A DNA stretch of 64,000 nucleotides from Deferribacterales bacterium (GTDB lineage: Bacteria; Chrysiogenota; Deferribacteres; Deferribacterales; Geovibrionaceae), in NCBI GenBank assembly GCA_050253075.1, contig JBFWJS010000003.1, positions 1 to 64,000 on the forward strand, given 5' to 3'. Position 1 is the stretch's first letter. Every line of letters begins with the position of its first letter. The notes under the pieces are model-generated. The model saw only the letters and a program-made list of their open reading frames with translations, was not told the DNA's origin and did not search any database. Of this stretch, positions 18,181 through 28,129 are shown in pieces. A program made the translations under genes and the position numbers.

Positions 18181-19138
18181 TGCCTTTGCTCTTTGTGCAG
18201 GGCCTATGCTTGATCCTATCACGAGGGTGCGCTGGAACTGCTTTCTGCCTATAAGTATAGGCGGTATCCCTATAGGCACCAGCGGAAACCCTCTGGCGGA
18301 TATCGCCGACAGGTCTATGGGCACACAGAGCCCCGTATGCCTCTGTATGGATCCTCTGCCTCGTATCGGGATTACTCTGGGCTACAGAGAGCCGATCAGA
18401 ATCATAGAATCAGTCAAAGACCCTTTCTGTTTTCCGACGCTTGGCTTCGGGATGAGCTCTTCCGCATGGGGGAGCGGAGTGAAAGGACGCAATTCAAAAC
18501 CGGCGAAGGATTTTACCAACACGCATATGTTTATCTTTCTGCCGTTTACTATGATGGAAATATTTACTGACCTGATATGCATGCAGACGGACAGCAAATA
18601 TACGGGTGTTCTCGGCGGTCTGTCTATTGCCTATATGTCGGAGTTTGACATTACAAAGAGATCAGACCAGGCTGCGCTTTTGCTCACTCCGGAAGTCGTT
18701 CTTTTTGCTAATCCGCTGGCTATAATGGCCTGTCAGATACCCGATTCCATAGCGACGCTGGGAGAATATACTATACCGCCTTTGTACTGGTGTGCTGGCA
18801 ACCATTCTGTTTTTCCAACTTCGAACAATACAATGAGCATGTCCAATTTTACTGAGGCTTCAGAGGTAAACGCTTCGAAGCTCATCTTCAGTATGCACAG
18901 GACTCTGCAGCTTTGGGGGAGCCTTGGAGCGCAGGGGTTATGCAGCTATTACCCAATGCCTATATGGAACAAGATGCAGTATCGGCTGCAGACTGCTATG
19001 CCGGTGCCGGATTATTTCTGCCGGAGACTCGGACAGCCGTCGATAGTCTGGAACAGATTTCTTAATCCTCCTGGTGCCCCGAATAATGACAATATGGTGT
19101 TTATCTTATGGCGAAAAAGAGACTGCTGTGCTTTCTGA
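18137..19138 (+). CDS. traU: TraU
   Basis: DPITRVRWNCFLPISIGG, EPIRIIE.VKDPFCFP and terminal WRKRDCCAF. Confidence 0.93.
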   Translation: MKKILIIIFLLSANSAFALCAGPMLDPITRVRWNCFLPISIGGIPIGTSGNPLADIADRSMGTQSPVCLCMDPLPRIGITLGYREPIRIIESVKDPFCFPTLGFGMSSSAWGSGVKGRNSKPAKDFTNTHMFIFLPFTMMEIFTDLICMQTDSKYTGVLGGLSIAYMSEFDITKRSDQAALLLTPEVVLFANPLAIMACQIPDSIATLGEYTIPPLYWCAGNHSVFPTSNNTMSMSNFTEASEVNASKLIFSMHRTLQLWGSLGAQGLCSYYPMPIWNKMQYRLQTAMPVPDYFCRRLGQPSIVWNRFLNPPGAPNNDNMVFILWRKRDCCAF

Positions 19139-19842
19139 TTGTGCTGATTGCACTGAGTGGTTTTTGTCAGTCTGATAAGCCATTTTATAAGGATAAAGGG
19201 CACGGCTGGTATAACTATGAAGACCCAAAACCTGAGCCGGAGAAAAAGGACAAGGACGAAAACAAAAAGCCTGTAATTGACTGGCAGGCAGTGCAGACTA
19301 TGCACCCTGACCGTCTTAATAAGCTCATAGAGGATGTTAAGGACTACGCCCTGATGTTCCCATCTCATGAGAATGTAAAAGACTATCTGAAGCTTCAGGG
19401 CGTTGCCATTGACCGCTCACGGGAATATATGGACAGCTTTATGTATGTGGTTCAGACAAATCCGGAGCTTTCAAAGGAAAATGAGATTCCGACATCGAAA
19501 TTTGGTCAGGATGAAAAGCATAGGATAAAGGTGGAGAAAATTGAACAGACTCTGGCGGAGAACAGAGATAAATATGCCTTATTGTATTTCTATGCGCCAG
19601 ACTGCGGATATTGCGCAAAGCAGCAGCCGGTTCTGGAGTATTTTATCAAGGATTCCGGCTGGCAGGTGAAACCGGTTAATATCCAGCAGGATCAGAAAGC
19701 GGCTCTGAAATTCAATATTGCCCAGACTCCATCCATTGTGCTTATCCGACGTGATTCGCCGGACTGGCTCCTAATCTCCAGCGGCATTATCGCTCTTTCT
19801 GAACTGAAAGAGCGGATTGTAAGGGGTTTAGGATTAATTTAA
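19108..19842 (+). CDS. traF: TraF (thioredoxin-like)
   Basis: GWYNYEDP and FYAPDCGYC (CxxC). Confidence 0.88.
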   Translation: MAKKRLLCFLIVLIALSGFCQSDKPFYKDKGHGWYNYEDPKPEPEKKDKDENKKPVIDWQAVQTMHPDRLNKLIEDVKDYALMFPSHENVKDYLKLQGVAIDRSREYMDSFMYVVQTNPELSKENEIPTSKFGQDEKHRIKVEKIEQTLAENRDKYALLYFYAPDCGYCAKQQPVLEYFIKDSGWQVKPVNIQQDQKAALKFNIAQTPSIVLIRRDSPDWLLISSGIIALSELKERIVRGLGLI

Positions 19843-19923
19843 TGAACAAATGATTAAATATTTTATGTTTTTTATGGAATTTAAAAAGATTAGGATATAA
19901 ATTATATTAGGTGAGGTTTTTAT

Positions 19924-20139
19924 ATGCTTCCTATTATTGTCATTATACTTCCATTGGCGGCTCTTTTTTCCTGGTGGATTATCCTTATGTATAGGAACAG
20001 AAATATCCCTTCAGCAGGCGTTCATGCTGACTTTGAGGATATGGAGGATAACCGCTTAGATGGAATCAGAAAAAGAAACCATGAATGTTACATCACTGAT
20101 ATAACTACCAATGCCTTTGGCATTTATGGCGAGGATTAG
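19924..20139 (+). CDS. Small membrane protein, convergent with the traG unit
   Basis: GAGGT RBS and an N-terminal TM helix; 71 aa. Confidence 0.55.
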   Translation: MLPIIVIILPLAALFSWWIILMYRNRNIPSAGVHADFEDMEDNRLDGIRKRNHECYITDITTNAFGIYGED

Positions 20140-20360
20140 TCCTGAATTTTTTCTTTGATGAAATCCTCCAGAATTTCAATATCGCTATAGAGTTCATTAA
20201 GCAGGATTCCGGTTCCTTGCTTAATTGAAGTAGGTATTGTTGACTGATTCTCTCCGAACTCGTTCATCACGTTCATAAGCATCCACACAACACTTTTGTT
20301 CTTCTGGATAATCTTATTTGCGTCTTCTTTTGTCATTAGGTGTCTCCTTAGGGAATTCAT
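20136..20360 (-). CDS. Hypothetical protein downstream of traG
   Basis: Short helical ORF overlapping the traG end; AGGAG precedes the internal ATG (MTKEDANK). Confidence 0.55.
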   Translation of the reverse strand: MNSLRRHLMTKEDANKIIQKNKSVVWMLMNVMNEFGENQSTIPTSIKQGTGILLNELYSDIEILEDFIKEKIQD

Positions 20361-23300
20361 CCCTTAAATCATTAATAGGGATATTGAATTCGGAATTATT
20401 TAAAATATCTTTCGAGTTATTTTGAATATTTTGATAGTTTGAAATTGGATCATCTGCATTTTTCAGAATTTTTTTCGGCTCATCAGTGTGCTGAGGCTTG
20501 TTTTCATCAGTCGGAATTCTGTGCATTGGTTGATGTTCAGTATCATTTCTGCTGGTCATGTCTTTTGAATCAGTATCAAGCTCATTCTGTGCTTGTCTGG
20601 GGACATTGATATCCGTTTCATAACCCTTAGATGCTATAGGTGGTAAACCGGCTGTGCTGCCTTCAGTAGTGCTCTCTGATCTCGCATCAAAGGTGGATTT
20701 CTGGCCATCGGTTTGTTGTATTACAGTGTTGGATTCATTTCCTGCAAGAACGTTATTATCTGGCACTATTTTTGAAGGGTTCTTAAGAATATCTTGTACC
20801 TGATCGGTGGAAAGAGTATGCCAAGCTTCACCAAAAACAGCACTTGCACCGAATTGTAGCTTACCTGTGTTTTCAGAGACATTGTTCAGCTTGGCTGCCA
20901 TATCGTTATACATGGAGCCAAGTGTTTCATTATAAAGCTTTTCATCAAGCTTTCCGGTTTCATTAGTTGCGATAGTGCGTGCCTGTTTCTGCATTCCTTT
21001 AATAAGAGAAATGTTAAGATCGTACTCTTCTTTTTCGGTATTTTTTCGTTCGATGCCTACACTTGTATCTGCTGATACACTACCTTTAAGTCCACTCCCT
21101 AAAAAGCTTAATCCAAGAGAAGCTTGAGCATTCATGGAACCACCAGTTCCAACATATGTTGTCCCTGCAATGACTCCTTTTGACTTGTATATTTCAGACA
21201 TGTCTTTAGCGATGGCTCTGGCCTGAGCATCCGCCTCTTTGGCGTACTCGCCCGAGCCTGTTATCTGTCCAGCCATTTCTGTTGCTGAGTCTTTATCCAG
21301 GAGAGCTGTGAATGCTCCGTCATATTTCCGTGATCTGTCGTAAACATTCTTGTCGATATCTTCTTTTTTGAAACCTTCCTGCACAGTGCTAAGGTGGTCT
21401 GTGACTGATTTATCAATGTTTTCAGTCTTATCCACGGAAACTTTTGAGAGTTCTGCAAGTCCAGTTCCGTTTTTACCTGTTGATATGTCGCCGATACCTT
21501 CCAGTGTGACTTTATTACCTTCTTGATCAGTACCTTTAATGATAACGCCGCCGTTAATTGACTCGCTGGATACGCCGGAAAGGCTTTTATGACTGCCGTC
21601 TGGAAGTAATATGTTCATTTCATCAAAGGCCATTCTGGATGTATCAGCTTTTTCAGAACTTCTGATTGCTACAGTATCAAATACCGCACGCATTCTGCCG
21701 TTTTCGTCCTGCTGGATTCCACCAATACCTTTGATATTAATAAGGCTGCCTGATTTGTCAGTTCCGTTTATAGTAAGGTTGTTGTCCTTACCTTCGGCAG
21801 TGACTCCGGACAGTGTTGTGATATTTCCATCAGTATCCTGAACTTCTATGTCCTCAAAAGTCATTTTAGAAGTATTAGTCCTTTCTTCAGACTGATTTGA
21901 GATGGCAGAGAATTCTGCATATTGTTCACCTTGATCATCACGCCTTATTATGCCGACACCGCTGATATTGACCAGACTGCCGTTCTGATCTGTTCCGGAA
22001 ATACTGAGCTTGTCTCCTTTTGTTTCAGTTGTTGCTGCTACCAGGGTTCTGTCGTTACCTTCAGAATCCAGAACATCGATACTTTCAAAGGTTTGTTGGG
22101 AATACCCGCCACTCCTCATGTCGGTATATGTGAATTTGCCTGAGTCATCCCAGCTGACAGAATATTGACCGGCTCCTGAGAGGCCAAGCTTATCTGCCTC
22201 AGAGTCATTAAGAGAAAGTTTTGCTGATCGGGTTGATTTATCAAAGAACTCGTTCATATTCATGCCGCTGTTTTCTGCGAGCTTTTTGATATTCGAGTAT
22301 GCAGCATGTTTTTCCAGACCGGATTTGGTGTTTATGTCTTTGGATATGGTGTCATAACCAATTCCAAGAGTGTCTGCCATTTCTCTGGCAGCTTCAGAGC
22401 GTCCTTTTGATTCAAGTGCTCCTGTTTTTGCTATTTCTCTGTAATCGTCTACAGTTACTTTGTTCTTACCCAAGAGGTCTGATGTTCCGGCCATCTCACC
22501 GTGACGTTTCTGAGTAGCAGCACTATTTGCTTGCTCAATGCTTACACCTGTTTCAGATTCAGCAGACAAGGCACCGGCACCATGTCCGATCTTTTCCATT
22601 GTTGATGTGTATTCGCCAGCTCCCATTGCAGCTGATGCCGGAGCTGTCTCACCGCCGAATTTATCCATGATGCGGCCGCCTGATTCAAAATGCTTTCCTA
22701 TGTCGGTTGATCTATTAAATTGAGCAACTGATAAGTTGTCGGGTGTTTTAAGTCCGGTCATGGAAGGTATGTCAGCGGCACGGTCAAAATTCTTACTGTG
22801 AAAGTCTGCCTGACCGCCTGGTGTGCCGAGTTGACTTCCTACTCCGGAGGCACTTGATCTGTATTGCTGTCCGAGAGCCGATGTCATAGACGCAAATGCC
22901 GCAGAGCCGCCCATCTTTATAATTCCAAAACTTATAACGCTGGCCAGACTCATACTGATCCATCTGGCGTTGCTGTACATAGCGAGCACCTTTAAAGTGT
23001 CGCTTCCGGTGTAAAACATCGAATTCAGACCAACACCTGTGCTGCGGATATCTCTGAATACTTCGTATGCGTGTGTCTGGACGTTTACATTAATTATGGC
23101 ATCAACAACAAACCACATGATCACCCATATCCACATGCCGATGTACCATTTGAAAGCATCCACCGGAGCCATATAGACAAAGAGAGCAACTATAATAAAA
23201 GTGGATATGAGAATAGTGATGATCATCCCCTGAAGCTTCGGGATATACTCATCTGCAACGCCGCCAGCAACAGTGTTTGCTGCCACAGCCATGCTTTTTG

Positions 23301-24237
23301 CTATCTCGATGGCGTTCTGTGTTCCGGCGTTTACTCCGCCCATGAGGTACTGTCTGGCGATGAAGGCTGATGCTACATAGTTTGAGAGTGTTACTGATAG
23401 GCCGGTATCCGTTGCAAAGGAGTCAACAAGCCCTGAAAACTTGTCTTTGCACGCCTGATACTCGCTGACGTTGCTTACATTAAAGCCGGAGTTGGAGCAG
23501 AACTTATACATTACGTTTTCTGTGAATGTCGGGTTCATAAGTCTTGCGGATATATTTGTATATGCGTCTGCGCACTCATACAGAACGCCGCCTGGATTCG
23601 CATCGTCGTATATCACTGAACTGAAAACCCTGTAGTTCAGTCTGAATGACTCCAGCAGGTTGTCTGAAGTCCATATGTCCTTGTCTGTGATATCACCGTT
23701 TGCATATGCCTGACGAAAGCATTTCTCAATATAGTCATAAACGGATCTTGCCAAAAAATGATCATTCATATTGCCGATCTGTCCCATGGCTGATGATGCG
23801 GCCAAAAGCTCAAAACCGTCTCCGAAGCCTATATCGTTTGCGGACATTATCGGGCTTCCGGCTGTTTCGATTATGTCGGTTAGTTCTCTTGATGCGGATG
23901 AAGTCACAGATGCTATCATGCCTGCGCCGAGCGGAACGCCGCCGACAGCTTCGTATCTGTTTTTAACAGGGTCATAAATATGCATTGTGACTGTAGGCAC
24001 CATAAAGATGCTGTATAAAGCCATTCCCCAGAAGAGCCGCTTTATCCAGACAGAGTCATTCAGCTTTGCGCCGAAGGCTCGTTCCATGTTCATATGAAAT
24101 GCGAAGCCTGCAGATGCGAAAATCATGAGGACAGTAATCCAGCTTTTATAGCTGCTGCTGGAAAAGATTCCCGCCACCATTTTGAAGGCGTTGACTATAG
24201 AAGTGAAGTCGCCGTATACATAGAAATCAAACTCCAT
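20314..24237 (-). CDS. traG: TraG mating-pair stabilisation protein
   Basis: MEFDFYVYGD...NAF start and VGGVPLG motif; multi-TM N-half with a long soluble C-half; follows traH. Confidence 0.9.
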   Translation of the reverse strand: MEFDFYVYGDFTSIVNAFKMVAGIFSSSSYKSWITVLMIFASAGFAFHMNMERAFGAKLNDSVWIKRLFWGMALYSIFMVPTVTMHIYDPVKNRYEAVGGVPLGAGMIASVTSSASRELTDIIETAGSPIMSANDIGFGDGFELLAASSAMGQIGNMNDHFLARSVYDYIEKCFRQAYANGDITDKDIWTSDNLLESFRLNYRVFSSVIYDDANPGGVLYECADAYTNISARLMNPTFTENVMYKFCSNSGFNVSNVSEYQACKDKFSGLVDSFATDTGLSVTLSNYVASAFIARQYLMGGVNAGTQNAIEIAKSMAVAANTVAGGVADEYIPKLQGMIITILISTFIIVALFVYMAPVDAFKWYIGMWIWVIMWFVVDAIINVNVQTHAYEVFRDIRSTGVGLNSMFYTGSDTLKVLAMYSNARWISMSLASVISFGIIKMGGSAAFASMTSALGQQYRSSASGVGSQLGTPGGQADFHSKNFDRAADIPSMTGLKTPDNLSVAQFNRSTDIGKHFESGGRIMDKFGGETAPASAAMGAGEYTSTMEKIGHGAGALSAESETGVSIEQANSAATQKRHGEMAGTSDLLGKNKVTVDDYREIAKTGALESKGRSEAAREMADTLGIGYDTISKDINTKSGLEKHAAYSNIKKLAENSGMNMNEFFDKSTRSAKLSLNDSEADKLGLSGAGQYSVSWDDSGKFTYTDMRSGGYSQQTFESIDVLDSEGNDRTLVAATTETKGDKLSISGTDQNGSLVNISGVGIIRRDDQGEQYAEFSAISNQSEERTNTSKMTFEDIEVQDTDGNITTLSGVTAEGKDNNLTINGTDKSGSLINIKGIGGIQQDENGRMRAVFDTVAIRSSEKADTSRMAFDEMNILLPDGSHKSLSGVSSESINGGVIIKGTDQEGNKVTLEGIGDISTGKNGTGLAELSKVSVDKTENIDKSVTDHLSTVQEGFKKEDIDKNVYDRSRKYDGAFTALLDKDSATEMAGQITGSGEYAKEADAQARAIAKDMSEIYKSKGVIAGTTYVGTGGSMNAQASLGLSFLGSGLKGSVSADTSVGIERKNTEKEEYDLNISLIKGMQKQARTIATNETGKLDEKLYNETLGSMYNDMAAKLNNVSENTGKLQFGASAVFGEAWHTLSTDQVQDILKNPSKIVPDNNVLAGNESNTVIQQTDGQKSTFDARSESTTEGSTAGLPPIASKGYETDINVPRQAQNELDTDSKDMTSRNDTEHQPMHRIPTDENKPQHTDEPKKILKNADDPISNYQNIQNNSKDILNNSEFNIPINDLRDEFPKETPNDKRRRK

Positions 24238-25598
24238 CAGTCATTACTCCTGTTGGCTGTGAAGCTGTTTTGCTGAAGAGTTTCGTCTATTACTTTTTTC
24301 ATGTTGCTGTAGCGTTCAAGGATCGCCAGCAGGTTTTCAGTATCACTGATAGTTGCGAGATAGCTCTCCCTTGCTTCGCTCCCTTTCTCTGCAGTTTTCT
24401 TGAGAAGTTCATCTAGCGCAGCAGAGAGCTGTTTGGTGAGCTTGCCGTCGCCGGAGTCCACCAGAGCTTTATATTCCTCTATAGATGCTTTTGAATTAAC
24501 CAGAATGTTGCTGAAGATAGCGAAAGCGTATCCGTGGAGAGTTGGCTGGAGCATTGTATCCCTAACCACGCCCACCTGATTTGTCCCGTATAAGGAAGCG
24601 ATGTTCAAAGTGTTTTTGACGGGATACGGGGTGATGGCTACAAAGTTTTTTTCAGCCGCAGAGAGAGCACTGGTTTTGTTTGCTGTGATCTTATCTGATA
24701 TGCTCAGAAGGAAGTTCTGGACTTCGTTTGTCAGGTTGCTGCCGGAAGATTCCACGCAGCCAGCCGAGTATGATGCTTTTGACAGCGGCTTTCCTTCGAT
24801 GAGCTTTTTGTATGTTGCCTCGTCACATCCTGGGTAGTAAAAAGCGTTGATGGCATTGTCTGTGAGGTTCACCTGCACATCTCCGATCAGAGCCCTTATC
24901 TGTCTTATCTGAGTTGTGTTCATTCCGACTTTTGAGCCGATGCGGTCAAGTATTGAGCCGGACTTTTTCAGTTCTTCTTTAAGTTCTGCCGACATGCCGG
25001 AGTTATCCACGGCTTTTTTGAAATTTGCCCCTGGCTTATCCTCCACATCTTTCTTTGCATCGGTGAATAGGGTGTCCAGCCCCTGAACCATATTCTTTTG
25101 AAGAACGTCCACAGCCTGATCCTCTCGGCCATGGATAAGGTGATTGGCAGAGACCACTAGCCCTTTGGCCGCTTTACACTCATCTATCTGCAGGCCGTTG
25201 AGAGCATTTATAATGTTTTCCGCTCTGTCTTTGATAGCGGAGCATGAAGTGCAGAATTCATTAAGGGCAAGGTCAAAGGCCACATATGGAGCCGCACGAA
25301 GAATTCGCTCAGCCTTGTCCACCAGATAGTCAGGATTAAGGAAGCTGAAACCGCCCATGAATATATCTATTCCGCCGCAGCCGACGGAAAGTTTCGGCGG
25401 CGCAACAGTCATAAGGTAGTCGCTTTTTGTTTTCAATCTGCCCTGAAATGAGCCTAGAGTCGCAAATCCACGCTCCTGAGACATATATACTGATGCATTG
25501 GCGGAGCTGTTTGCGTCAAACCAGTCATCCACCCAGTTCGCATGCGCCATAGGTGTCATCATCAAAACTATAAGGAGCATATTTATCGTTCTGAACAT
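24237..25598 (-). CDS. traH: TraH pilus assembly protein
   Basis: PPKLSVGCGGIDIFMGGFSFLN motif. Confidence 0.93.
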   Translation of the reverse strand: MFRTINMLLIVLMMTPMAHANWVDDWFDANSSANASVYMSQERGFATLGSFQGRLKTKSDYLMTVAPPKLSVGCGGIDIFMGGFSFLNPDYLVDKAERILRAAPYVAFDLALNEFCTSCSAIKDRAENIINALNGLQIDECKAAKGLVVSANHLIHGREDQAVDVLQKNMVQGLDTLFTDAKKDVEDKPGANFKKAVDNSGMSAELKEELKKSGSILDRIGSKVGMNTTQIRQIRALIGDVQVNLTDNAINAFYYPGCDEATYKKLIEGKPLSKASYSAGCVESSGSNLTNEVQNFLLSISDKITANKTSALSAAEKNFVAITPYPVKNTLNIASLYGTNQVGVVRDTMLQPTLHGYAFAIFSNILVNSKASIEEYKALVDSGDGKLTKQLSAALDELLKKTAEKGSEARESYLATISDTENLLAILERYSNMKKVIDETLQQNSFTANRSND

Positions 25599-25622
25599 CT
25601 TTCATCCTGTATCGTGGTCTCA

Positions 25623-25647
25623 CATGGAAAATGTTGAAGGGGGTAAA
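25623..25647 (-). promoter_or_regulatory. Conserved ICE operon leader motif upstream of traH
   Basis: Minus strand reads TTTACCCCCTTCAACATTTTCCATG. Confidence 0.5.
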
Positions 25648-25719
25648 TGAAAGAACAGATAATCATTTAAATGCATATCGCATTCTGTTAAGATTTTTCA
25701 TCTATCAGGGGAACTGTTT

Positions 25720-26310
25720 ATGCTGCATTTTAATCTGACAAAGCAAATGTATGAGAAGCTTATCTGGGCAGGCACTGATATGTCTGCAGAGAAGCTGGAA
25801 AAATGCTGGAACTGGCATGTAAAAATTATCACTTTTGGCCGGACTAATTGTGTACTGGCTGTTGAAGAAGATAGTCGGTATGTAATCGTGATGCTTGGAT
25901 TGAAAAAGGCTGATCTTAAAGACTTCAAGAAGTATTTTATGATTGAGCTGGATAATCATTTAGGCTTCATGTTTATGAACTCTGATAAAAGTGTGCAGGA
26001 AAAACTGAGGGCTTTCATGGCTGATCTTTGGGGTGATATATCCTATTCAAAGCCGATAAGCCGCAGTGTAATATCTCACATGACACAGATGGAGAACGAG
26101 ATAAATATTTTCTGTCATAAAGACCTTGGCGGTTATCTGCCGTCATCTAATGTAGAGATGCAGGCCATGTGCCATTATCTCAATGAACGTCTTCGTTCTA
26201 TGGGGACGAAGAACGATTATCACAGACCTATGGATATATTCAGGAATAGGGTTCTGGAGCTTGTTGGCGTTGACTTAGACAATGTAATTCGTATGGAAGA
26301 TTTCAGATAA
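25720..26310 (+). CDS. Hypothetical protein (DUF6933-like)
   Basis: WNWHVKII...CVLAVEEDSRY.IV..G pattern and SRSVISHM. Confidence 0.55.
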   Translation: MLHFNLTKQMYEKLIWAGTDMSAEKLEKCWNWHVKIITFGRTNCVLAVEEDSRYVIVMLGLKKADLKDFKKYFMIELDNHLGFMFMNSDKSVQEKLRAFMADLWGDISYSKPISRSVISHMTQMENEINIFCHKDLGGYLPSSNVEMQAMCHYLNERLRSMGTKNDYHRPMDIFRNRVLELVGVDLDNVIRMEDFR

Positions 26311-26347
26311 AATGATCTGAATCGGGCAGCCATATAGCTGCCCATGA

Positions 26348-26842
26348 TTATAGTGTTTTCGAGTGGATTCTTGCAATAACTTCACACGCCTTAATTGTGC
26401 TGTCAGAGCCGTGGTGCGGTACTTTCAGATAGTTTGATATTGCATCAAGGCTTTTGCCGGTGGGTATAGTTTCTTTTGTGCCTGTGCGTACAGCGTTAAT
26501 TACCTTGTGGTTAAATATCAGACCGCACTTAGCATAAGCATCCTGCAGAAAGGTAAGGTCATATTCTGGAACGAACGACACTACCTCACACCCAGTTACG
26601 AACATGTCAAACCTTGCTATAGCGTCCTCTATAGAAACACCATGCTCATCCAGCATATCTTTGCTGATGCCTTCGATTTCAGTGAAAATCTCAGAGATAT
26701 CTGAGTTGATTTTGATATAAGCGTGGAACATCTCGTATGTCATAAGGTCAATGTCTGGTTTTAAAGCGCAAAGCTCAATTATTTCACCTCTGCTTGGTGA
26801 TATGCCGCTGGTCTTCATGTCTATATATACTTTTTGTGCCAT
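26348..26842 (-). CDS. DnaQ/DEDDh 3'-5' exonuclease-fold protein, probably inactive
   Basis: YIDMKTSG...EIIEL (ExoI with E replaced by K) and YDLTFL; ExoIII is degenerate. Confidence 0.7.
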   Translation of the reverse strand: MAQKVYIDMKTSGISPSRGEIIELCALKPDIDLMTYEMFHAYIKINSDISEIFTEIEGISKDMLDEHGVSIEDAIARFDMFVTGCEVVSFVPEYDLTFLQDAYAKCGLIFNHKVINAVRTGTKETIPTGKSLDAISNYLKVPHHGSDSTIKACEVIARIHSKTL

Positions 26843-26894
26843 TGCAGCCTCCTTGTATGTGAATAGTGGCATGCCTAAGCGTCAGTTGCTGTCG

Positions 26895-27815
26895 CTATTT
26901 CTCCTGTAGATCGAGAGAATTTTTCAGAGTCTCGGTAAAGTAGTCTTTAACCGCTCCTGGCGAGATAATTTTTATATACGGCAGCCATGGGAGGCAAAGT
27001 TTCACACATTCGATATGAGAGCCCGCCTGGAATTCTATGATGATGTCTCCGTTTTTGTGTTCGTCCACAATACTCTGTTCCGGAAAGAATTCCTTCCTGC
27101 GGATGTATCCGGCCATTTGCTCCTTGAGCAGGCATTTCACTTTTATCTTTTTGTGAGGATCAAAGAAGATGTTATTTGCCTTTGATATTTCTTCGTTAAG
27201 GATATCCGGAGCCATTTCAAAAGTTTCGCCGCTGGCCTTGATATCGTCCATCAGGTCTAGGCCAAACTTACGGAGCGAATCCTGCTCATTCAGCGCAGCC
27301 AGATACCAGAACCCGTCGTTGTATATCAGGCGGTAAGGTTTAACTTTGTATGTCTTGTCATTCTTCTGATAGTTGAATGTGATTACTTCTCTTGCAAGGA
27401 TGTATTTCTCAAGCATAGTGAAGTTCTCAGCGATTTTATCAAAGCCAACAGAGTCTGCTTTCATGAACTGGATAACATTCTGTCTGTTGGATGCAGAGAT
27501 GATCTTTTTGCGAAGCTTAGACAGCATGCCGGAATATTCATCCTGAAGGATGTTTTCAGCATAATCAAAAAGACCAGACAGTACTGCCAACTCATCCTGT
27601 TTTAAATAGCTCTCCTGAAGCCCGTAATGCTCAGTCAGATACCATTGATGTTTTTCATCGCTGTAGCATACTCCAGGGAGGTAACTCATGTCTGAGAGAT
27701 ATCTCTGGGCAGTACGCAGGCTGACACCCAGTTCATCGGCGACCATGGTGGAAGTAACATATCTGTTTTCGTTCAGCAGCTTTATCAGTTTCAGGGCTAT
27801 GTATAGTTTATTCAT
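26895..27815 (-). CDS. HTH-WYL-WCX transcriptional regulator
   Basis: ADELGVSLRTAQRYL HTH and VKPYRLIYNDGFWYL WYL motif. Confidence 0.92.
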   Translation of the reverse strand: MNKLYIALKLIKLLNENRYVTSTMVADELGVSLRTAQRYLSDMSYLPGVCYSDEKHQWYLTEHYGLQESYLKQDELAVLSGLFDYAENILQDEYSGMLSKLRKKIISASNRQNVIQFMKADSVGFDKIAENFTMLEKYILAREVITFNYQKNDKTYKVKPYRLIYNDGFWYLAALNEQDSLRKFGLDLMDDIKASGETFEMAPDILNEEISKANNIFFDPHKKIKVKCLLKEQMAGYIRRKEFFPEQSIVDEHKNGDIIIEFQAGSHIECVKLCLPWLPYIKIISPGAVKDYFTETLKNSLDLQEK

Positions 27816-27849
27816 CTTTCACCTCACAGACACAGTATGATTCTAACAT

Positions 27850-27866
27850 GCGACAGTAGTTGTCGC
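27850..27866. promoter_or_regulatory. Putative WYL-regulator operator (CGAC-N7-GTCG palindrome)
   Basis: GCGACAGTAGTTGTCGC lies upstream of the WYL gene; variants occur at 26879-26895 and 58854-58870. Confidence 0.6.
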
Positions 27867-28129
27867 TTGGTAGAATTATTGTGATATTTACACACAGTAT
27901 TAATATTAATTAGTCTAAAATATACTGATCGTATAAATCCGTGTTGGTTATTTAAAAATAAAAAAATTATGTTAGAATGACTGTGAGTTATAATATTTTA
28001 ATCTCAAAGATAAAATGCTAACTTAATTTGATATTGGCATTATGTTTATTTCGAGTTGAAATTGAATATATGTTTGCAGCTATTTGATTTTGTATACTTT
28101 AATGTTTTTTGATAAGGAGAGATAGTCTC

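Noticed and set aside
17653..18324. 223-aa minus-strand ORF across traW/traU, and similar shadow ORFs (32034-32552, 53866-54306, 59700-60242)
   Set aside because: They are antisense to well-supported genes and lack the two-ended coupling seen at 56642-57511.
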